Positions 54,798 through 64,000 of a stretch of DNA of 64,000 nt are shown here, in pieces. Both the position numbers and the translations under genes were made by a program. Location of the stretch: contig OX597835.1 in NCBI GenBank assembly GCA_951406725.2, positions 2,852,001 to 2,916,000 on the forward strand, given 5' to 3'. The notes under the pieces were generated by a model, which saw only the letters and a list, made by a program, of their open reading frames with translations, was not told the origin of the DNA and made no database searches. Position 1 is the first letter of the stretch; each line of letters starts with the position of its first letter. This stretch comes from Octopus vulgaris (lineage: Eukaryota).

Positions 54798-54900
54798 TAT
54801 ATGTATATGCATATATATACATATATACGTATATATACATATACATGTATATATAGACATATATATATATATAGGTACATATGTAAATACACATACATGT

Positions 54901-54977
<77 letters not shown>

Positions 54978-55058
54978 AACCCGAGAGGTGTGTGAAATCT
55001 TCTTGGGTATATATGTATGTGTGCGTGTGTGTACAGAGAGAGAAACATATAAACAGAC

Positions 55059-55150
<92 letters not shown>

Positions 55151-55857
55151 CCTTTCGTGAACAGGCGGTGCTATTAAAAATGTAATAACAGAATTTTTTC
55201 TTGTAAAGTCTAAAAAGTGAGGCACCTTCGAATGGTACATGAAACTTTGTTATGGACAAAGGTCATTTGCGACTAAATATGAGGAATGGGGTCTGACTGA
55301 GTTTTCTCAGAGATAGCGTTTTTTAGATGTGATTAGATAAATGTTGGTTTATAGACGCCGTTAAAATGCTATAGGTTTTGGTATCCTCACTTCTCAGATT
55401 TTTAGTCTTTTAACAAATATTGCTGATGTGGATGTAACACACTAATGTCATATTGAAATTATCGATCTTCCAATTTGCTATAATTGTTTTTTGTTTTGTT
55501 TTTCATTCATCCCACCTGCTACGAGAGAGGAAGAGAAACAAAAGGGAGATGGCAGAGCGGGAAGGAGAATGCCAGAGAGTAGAGGACATGCGTAAAGGTG
55601 TGTATGAGTAATCGATTGCAAAGAATCCGTACAGAATGAAGGAGAGGAGGAGGGAGGGAGCGGAAGAGAGGGAAAACTGAGACAGAAAGGCAGATGGATA
55701 AAGAGTGTGGAAGAGAGAGAGGGAGAGAGAGAGAGAGAGAGAGGTGGAGAGAAAAATAGAAAGAGTCAGGGAGAAGACAAATCAGATGTATTCCATTGTA
55801 GTAGATTTGTGGTAGGTATTTTGGTATGCATCCCTATATACACGTATATATATATAC

Positions 55858-55949
<92 letters not shown>

Positions 55950-56270
55950 TTGTATATGTTTGTTTATGTTTGTATATGTATGTATATGTATCTTTCATTT
56001 TGACATATCACACACATACGTATGTACATACATACATACACACATAGATATACATATATAAACATATATATGCACGTACAGATTGGGAAGAGAGATGGAA
56101 ATTGAGAAGATAGACACAGATGATGAATGATGCAATAGAATAGTGTTCCATTAAAGTAGTGTCTAACTGAGATGGACTCAACAAAAGAGGGAAAGAGACA
56201 GACAGAGACAGACAGAGGCAGAGAGAGAGGTGGAGACAAAGAGATACAAAGAAATAGACTCAGAGACACA

Positions 56271-56301
<31 letters not shown>

Positions 56302-56545
56302 TGAGAGAGAGAGAGGGCAGGACGAGAAAGAAGGAGGGATGTAATGAGAGAGGGGGAGCAAGACATGTACCATTACAACATTGTTCTGTCTGTGTGCTGA
56401 ACATAAAAAAAAACTGTTTCAATCAATTAAATCGACTGAAGAATGAAACTGAGCGAAGCTGGCTTCAATCATATTAAGAAGAAACATGCCTACACATTAA
56501 CACACGCATTCGCACACGAATATTCAATCACATACATATATACAT

Positions 56546-56588
<43 letters not shown>

Positions 56589-56676
56589 CATATTTCCATA
56601 TATATAAACATATATATATGCATATATATATACATACATACCATATATATATGTACATATATATATACATAAATGA

Positions 56677-56714
<38 letters not shown>

Positions 56715-56769
56715 GTATGTGCACTAGCGTACTTTTGACTTTACAGGTTTCCGGAAATGAAAATACTGA

Positions 56770-56844
<75 letters not shown>

Positions 56845-56872
56845 ATATATACACACACACATGTGTACAATT

Positions 56873-56927
<55 letters not shown>

Positions 56928-56960
56928 GTGTGTACATTCTCTTTCTCACATATACTGAAA

Positions 56961-57856
56961 CATCTGAACTTGTCTGGACTCACACAATTCAGTCTTTTAC
57001 TGTTAATTTGTTACTTGAATTCTGTAAAGTGCTTAAATTAACATCAAAGGCAAATATACTTGCATCAACGCACAAACACACACATATACGTGGCATATGT
57101 GTGTCTGTGTGTATGTTGTACGTGGCCGGGTCTTGTTTGATGTTGGAGACTGGGACGTTGGGACATTTTTATTGCATAGTTCACAATTGTTTCATCAATT
57201 TCTTGGTGACTAATCTCATGTTATGTTTATAAACATGTCCGCTATTTATGATCCACTCATATACGTTACGCAGGTTATCTGCGTAGCCATTCATGAAGTC
57301 GGATGATTAGTTACCACGGTAAAGATTGAAAAATTGTCAACAATGAATCAAAATTATCAAAACGCAAATCTTCAAGAATTTTATCAGGTCACGGGTACGA
57401 AACTAGAAATAAAGAACAAAAGGCTTAAAGTCTTCACTTGTTTCAGGTTCAGTGATATGATGTCGACTTCGCCTTTCATTCTTTCGGGGTCGATTAAATA
57501 AGTACCAGTTACTCAGAACGTAAAGATAAACGAAATGCCGCAAAGCAATTTTCCCCGGTGCGGAAACGATTCTGCTAGCTGGCCACCTTAAGTGAGTTAC
57601 GAATAACATTAACAATTATACTAGGATATTCTGTAATAGAGTTACTAGTAATTATTTAAAAATCGCTGCAGCACAATAACAGCACCTGAACTTGTCTGGA
57701 CTCACACAATTCAGTCTTTTAGTGTAAATTTGTTACTTGAATTCTTTAAAGTGCTTAAATTAACATCAAAGACAAATATACTTGCATCAATGCACAAACA
57801 TACACATACGTCTGTCTGTGTGATATGTGTGTCTGTGTGTCTGTGTGTACGTGGCG
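56961..57856. repeat. Direct duplication of about 170 bp (56961-57128 and 57682-57856)
   Basis: CTGAACTTGTCTGGACTCACACAATTCAGTCTTTTA...ATACTTGCATCAA.GCACAAACA...TACGTGGC in both copies. Confidence 0.9.
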
Positions 57857-58454
57857 CGGGGGGGCAGCACAATTACAGCAATTTAGAAGCTAATAACAGC
57901 TACAGAGTTAGAAACATATGACAGAGTTGCATGTTTAACTTTACACAATACTTACACAATCTCAAACGAGATTTCTATCCATCGCGTAAATTATTTGAGC
58001 TCACAACAAACGAGCGGTGAGTAAAACTATATTAGTCAAACTTACGATAACAACATAATACATTGTCGCTTTATTAGAATGAGTTTCAAGGCAAAATTTT
58101 TAACGATTCAACGATATGTAAAAGAAGAAAACGTTAAGAAATATGGCCTTCTGTTCCACTCAGTCACGGTGTAAGTATGCTTGTCGCAAAGAAATTCCTT
58201 TATTTCTTGAATAATCAATTTCCCAAAGAATCACCAATTTTTGAAATATTTCAATAGAATTAAATCGGAATTTTACAGTATTCAGAAGTTTTCAACAGAC
58301 ATAGATTATAAAGTTTTGAAAATTTGAAACAACATGCTAAGTCTAATATTTTCTGCATATGTAGTTTCTATAATTCCTAAATTGGCAATTATAGAATCCA
58401 GGTTTTTTTCGAAATCTTATAAATAAGGTAACCATAATTGTAATGTTTGTTTTA

Positions 58455-58897
58455 GTGGTAAGAAGCTTGCTTTCCAGCTCCATGGTTCCGGACACGGTTC
58501 CTTTATGTGACATCTTTGGCAAGTGTCTTCTACTATAGCCCCGGGCCGACCAAAGCCCTGTGAGTGGAATTCGTAGTCGGAAACTGAAAGAAGCCCGTCG
58601 TATATATGTATGTATATATATATATGTGTGTGTGTGTATGTGTGTGTGTACGTGTGTGTCTGTCTGTGTGTTTGTGTGTGTGGGGTGTCTGTGTTTGTCC
58701 ACCGCCGTCGCTTGACAACCGATGTTGGTGTGTCTACGATCCCGTAACTTAGCGGTTCAGCAAAAGACACTGATAAAATAAGTACTAGGCTTACAAAGAA
58801 TAAGTCCTAGGGTAGATGCCTTCGATGAAAACCCGTTAAGGCAGTGCTACAGCATGGCTGCAATCAAATGACTGAAACAAGAAAAAGAATAAAAGAA
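58455..58897 (+). mobile_element. SINE family B with internal microsatellite
   Basis: Head GTGGTAAGAAGCTTGCTTTCCAGC, core GGCAAGTGTCTTCTACTATAGCC, tail AGCATGGCTGCAATCAAATGACTGAAACAAG. Confidence 0.88.
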
Positions 58898-59764
58898 TGT
58901 TGCTTGGTAAAGAAAGTCCAAAAAATTAAGGTTCAGAAATGACGTGCTTTTGTCGTCCCAAATTAAACTATTTTGAATTAGGATGTAGATGAAAATCATA
59001 CATTTGCGTAACATTAAACCTCTCTGTTCCAAAAAGAAAAAAACTGTCATCGGTTAACATGAATAAATAATTCGTTTTCTCTTGTCATTTATGAAAAGTT
59101 AAGCTTGCTAACGACAGATAGCCTTAAGCAATGCAGTTCTGACTGAATAGAATAAAATTTGTACAGTTAACGCGTTTATTCAACGGATTTTGTAGTTTAT
59201 CCCAGAGATAAATAAATAAAAAATGTCTTATTTATTAAATAGATTGCAAGATTATGTGTAAAACGTGAAAATAATAGTTAGGTGTACGTAATTTTTCAGC
59301 TGAAGATAAAATTAATTATATTTGTCATAATATATCAAAAAGATATAAGCATGATATACAAAATATATCTAAATATTATTATGTGCATATGTGATCTTTT
59401 ACATTCGGTTGTTTCAGACAATTGATAGATTACTGGTCTTAAGGAACTAACGGACACTTTAATCCTATTCAAACGCACAAGCAACACACGTCAATATTTC
59501 CATATCGATGATATATTTATGATATATTAGCAGTAATACAAATTGTTGATCAGGTAATTACTTTTACTCTTTCTCGGGATCCACATTCAAAGTGTCATTA
59601 GACATATAGAGATTTACTCCTCCTGTATGTGTGTATTTTATAAGAAAAATGTAATAATTGAAGTAGAAAAATATGAATTTCATACACGATCTTCTGTATG
59701 CTTATTATATGACAATAGTAAGTGAGGTATTATTTTAGATATCAATACGGTAATGGCAATGGTC

Positions 59765-60037
59765 GCCACGGAGCTGTAACGAAAGAGAATTGCCCAACGT
59801 GGCGCACAGTGGGACTGAACCCAAGGCGATATGGTTGGAAAGCAAGTTTCTCAACCACACAGCCACGCCTATAAAGGAGAGATACATTTTTGGATGATAT
59901 ACTCTTTTCTACTTTCGGCACAAGGCTCGACATTTTGAGGGAGGTGTCCAGTCGATTAGATCAACCCCAGTACGCAACTGGTACTTAATTTATCGACCCC
60001 CGAATGGATGAAAGGCAAAGTCGACCTTGGTGGAATG
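59765..60037 (-). mobile_element. SINE B head (59765-59870) and SINE A body (59900-60037)
   Basis: Match to in-window family copies. Confidence 0.75.
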
Positions 60038-61199
60038 GATGATATACTCCTTGACGCAAAATGCTTAAAAAGATGGGAATTTTGATTTTAATCTTTACTC
60101 GAGCAACACAAAAACTAACAACGCGACGTCATGCGGGGTGTTCCAGAATTATATGTTTCAATGAAATTGAGTAAATTATTAGAAAACTGACGGAATTTTG
60201 CTTATTACCAAAACATATAGATTTATAAATCTCATGTCAAAACTTATTGAAATTTTTCAATAAGTCCAACAGAAATGGAAATAAAATTATAAACACGATT
60301 CAAAATTTATACACTTTTAACACATCTTAAACATGAATAAAAGTGAGTTTTAGACACCTTGTATTTTCTCGTCCGACGTTGCAATAATATTTGTTTCGAT
60401 ACACGATGTCATGTCAAGAATCTTACAAACGAATTAGAAAACGATTTAAGTTCTTCCTGAAATATAAAGGTCTTATAACCCAAGTAGTATGGTTATCCTG
60501 CTCAAGTTTTTCATTACATGTTTGATCTTGAGCTATTTGCTTTTGCCATGTCACCTTCATGGGTGTTCTTCAGTCAATGAGACACCCTGTTGCTAAAATA
60601 GGCAACATCATCACTACAGCCATCGTCTTCACTTGTTTTGGTGCAAGTTAAGGCCCGATTTCGTCTTCAATATCTCAAGCTCCAACTTTCATTCTTTGTA
60701 ATGAAAGCAGCTGTCTTTTACTTCCTCAACATGCATCTTGCCACTGATGCTATCGAATAATTAGTATTATATACTTTGTCTACCTCTCCATGGAACAAGA
60801 CATTTTCAAAGCGACACGGGTCAGTAATCCCATTAAAGCAGAAAGACATTCTAACTTATTAGTATGCAGAAATATACGACAGCTTGTTTTATGTTCGAGC
60901 TATAACTATAAAGAACGCGAAAATCTTCTAGTCATTCTGAAAAAGGATTCTGCAAGGTCAGGTATTAATCCGATGCTTTTAAAATATCATTAATTCATAT
61001 TCACAAAAATGAACGAATAAATCCGAATCTAAGAGAGATTAAGAATTAGCGTTCAATAAAAGTTCGAACAAATCCTATGGTTAACATCTACTTCACTATT
61101 GTTCTGATATAAACACTTATCTCAGACTCGGGTAGAACTTGATACCACCAGGTGGAAAAAGCACTGAAACGAGTTTGTTTCGAATGAATGAACCCACAT

Positions 61200-61420
61200 A
61201 ATGTATCCAAAGGGTTATACTAAAGGGTACAGTGGTGGAAGGGGGCTCGAAGCACCCCCCACTTCATTCTTTGTGTATTTGTTTTGCTTATCATTTGTTT
61301 ATCATTCGATCTATATAAACTTTTTACTTTTCATCTTTGTGTAAAATCCTTACTTACCATTGACCCCTCCCCTATTTGTTCCGTCCCTCTATGTTTGGCT
61401 CCCCGTGGGCAATAAAGAAC
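61200..61420 (+). mobile_element. Probable L1/Tx1-type 3' UTR fragment
   Basis: T-rich UTR ending TTTGTTCCGTCCCTCTATGTTTGGCTCCCCGTGGGCAATAAAGAA, similar to the tail at 41668-41730 and the SINE A tail. Confidence 0.5.
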
Positions 61421-61441
61421 TCGTTGTTACAATCATCTGAA

Positions 61442-62549
61442 ATGGAACTGTGAAAGTGCGATAATTCAGCAAGTTTGCTATTCAACTTCCAAAAAAGGAT
61501 GTAAAGCAACTGAAACTGCTCGTGACGTCAGCGAAACGTTTGGTGAAGAAATGGCCAGTGAGTGGTCAATTCGAAAATGATTGAAACGATTTCGCAGTGG
61601 AGACCTGAGCCTTGAAGATCGTGAGCATAGTGGATGCCCATATGTTATCTATCACAGTCAATTAAAGAACGTCATTATAAAAGATCCATGTAAAACCACT
61701 GGAGAAATGGCAAAAGAACTTCACTTCAAGTTAGCCAGAAAAAGACTGCAACCATTTGCATATGATCGGAAAATCAAAAAAGCCCGTCAAATGCGTACCA
61801 CACGATTTGAATGCAAATCATAAAAAGCGCAGATATGAAATTTGCTCCTCACTTCTTCTCTGTAACCAGACAGAACCATCTCTCGACCGTATTGTAACTT
61901 GTGATGAAAAGTGGATTCTGTACAATAACAAAAAACATTCTTCGCAGTGGTTGGACCAAAATGAAACACCAAAAAGCTTCCCTAAACACGAGTTCTTTAA
62001 AAAAAGGTTATGATGACTGTTTGGTGGTGTAATGCTGGTCTCATTAACTATAAATTCTTAAAACCCGGAAAAACTATTACCAAAGAAACATATTGCCATA
62101 GAATTGCCAAATTGAACGAAATATTGTAACTCTTCCATCCCAGACTGGTCAACAGAAGAGGGCCAATCCTTCTTCAGGACAATGTTCGATCACACGTTTC
62201 ACTTATGACACTCCAGAAGTTGTGCGAACCTGGCTACGAAGTTCTTCCCCACCCAGCTTATACTCCTGACCTTTCACCTACTGACTACAACTTTTTCAAC
62301 CACCTTGATGTTTTCCTGCGAGAGAAAGAGTTCAAAATCAAACCGATGCTGAAAGTGCGTTGAAGGAGTTCATCAGCTCCAGAACCCCAGATTTTTATGG
62401 TACCGGAATAAACAAACTTGTAACTCGTTGGAAAAACATTGTGTCAATTGTAATGGTACATACTTTTATGAATAAAATTTCCGCATTGCTGAAATATTTT
62501 GTGATAAATTTCATATTTCAAAACATTGCTGACTTTTTACTCAGCCTGA
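61442..62549 (+). mobile_element. Near full-length mariner transposase pseudogene with right TIR (left TIR not seen)
   Basis: KGCKATETARDVSETFGEE; KRFRSGDLSLED; KCVPHDL (WVPHEL motif); IVTCDEKWILYNN; LLQDNVRSH; VLPHPAYTPDLSPTDY; multiple stops and frameshifts; ends TGCTGACTTTTTACTCAGCCTGA-TA. Confidence 0.93.
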
Positions 62550-63319
62550 TACATAATACACAATTTAAATGCTGGCCTTACTTCAGAACAACGATAGCTT
62601 TAGGGTCAGGTACAAACGAGTTGATTAATCATGTGCAATTAATATTTAATACATCATTTCCATTTCAATTCTGGCTTTATTTCAGCAAAGCGATAATTTT
62701 AATATCACGTACACAGGATTTGATTAATTTCGTGCAATTAATATTTAATATATCATTTCCAACGAAACCGTGATTTTTGTCGCAGTGTGCAATTACTACA
62801 TGTTCATTTTCAAGTCGAATGTCACTTTCTAGAATGTCTCATAACAGCCCCATAGTTTGAGGCTTCAAACTGGTGAACTTGCAGATGATTTTGCGAAGAT
62901 GTTTGTTGACTAATGAGTTTCCAAAAATTTCCCGAATTAAGTCTTGTTAGCAGAATACACCTGTATATCTAAATTGGTATCATTCAGTTTAACTTGAAGC
63001 TAAATACTCTTTCTTTTCGATGCTATTTGTTATATAAATTTAGGTTTCGCAATCAGAGCTCCACTGCGTTATTTTCTTTAATAAGCACAACATTTTCTTT
63101 TAAAAGGTAAAAGCTAATCAAACAGGTCCCTTTTGTTACACAATTTTCAATTATTTCTAAGTGCAGGATATTGTTTTCTCTTCACAAGAACGTGTTTATA
63201 ATTACCAGAGCTCTTTATTTAGAACATTTTCTTTATTTTGGCCAAGTGACATATAAATTAAGGCTTAAACTTATCAGAAATATTATTTTCTACTCTAGAC
63301 AAAAGGTCTGAAATTACAT

Positions 63320-63675
63320 AACTGGTACTAAATTTATCGACCCCGAAAGGATAAAAGGCAAAGTCGACCTCGGCGGAATTTAAACTCACAATGTAAAGAC
63401 AGACGAAATATCGCTAAGCATTTCGCCCGGTGTGCTAACGTTTCTTATTTCTTTATTGCCCACAAGTGGTTAAACATAGAGGGGACAAACAAAAACAGAT
63501 ACAGGGATTAAGTCGATTACATCGACCCCAGTGCGTAACTAGTACTTAATTTATCGACCCCGAAAAGATGAAAGGCAAACTCGACCTCGGTGGAATTTGA
63601 ACTCAGAACGTAACAGTAGACGAAATACCGCTATGCATTTCGCCCGGTGTGCTAACGTTTCTGCCAGCTCGTCTC
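63320..63675 (-). mobile_element. SINE family A tandem dimer
   Basis: Two consecutive copies of ATCGACCCCGAAA.GAT.AAAGGCAAA.TCGACCTCGG.GGAATTT.AACTCA. Confidence 0.88.
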
Positions 63676-64000
63676 CCTATTTGAAACCAATATTACTTGT
63701 ATAATGTTACCATACACTCCGAGTAGTATATATCTCGACTGCAGGTTTTCCAACACGCTTTATCTATAGAATGTATGATACAAAAACTAACAATGAGTCT
63801 TATTTGAACAATTCCTCTTTAACACACTGCTCACCTTGTTCTAGCTTATCAAACCTTGGCTATCAAAAGTCCTCAGCAAGACGCTGCAGGTATTTTATAA
63901 GGCGCTGCTCTTAAGATAACAAAGGCAGACATTTTATATATTTGCACGGAAATGAATAAAACAAATGCACACAATTTAAAAAAAATATTGGTAGAAGTAC

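Noticed and set aside
60131-60363. Possible Tc1/mariner MITE (GGGGTGTTCC ... GACACCTTGTA)
   Set aside because: Terminal match too short and degenerate to support

Overview
AT-rich, microsatellite-saturated eukaryotic intronic or intergenic DNA, most likely from an octopus or other coleoid cephalopod (inferred from the tRNA-derived SINE families and dense (TA)n/(TATC)n/(CA)n tracts; not verified by search). No host protein-coding gene can be called with confidence, and almost all supplied ORFs are microsatellite translations. The window is a mosaic of decayed mobile DNA: three SINE families; RTE-, CR1-group, L1/Tx1- and Dong/R4-like LINE fragments; three Penelope-like element (PLE) remnants; four mariner remnants; and a hAT-type non-autonomous element with an 8-bp TSD. 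The most striking unannotated signal is about 8-10 minimal type-I hammerhead ribozyme folds in short PLE pseudo-LTR or retrozyme-like units sitting in (TA)n tracts. Different families keep the tertiary 3-8 core base pair with different identities (C-G, U-A, A-U), and several have palindromic P3 stems. All structures were folded by eye and all family names come from motif recall.
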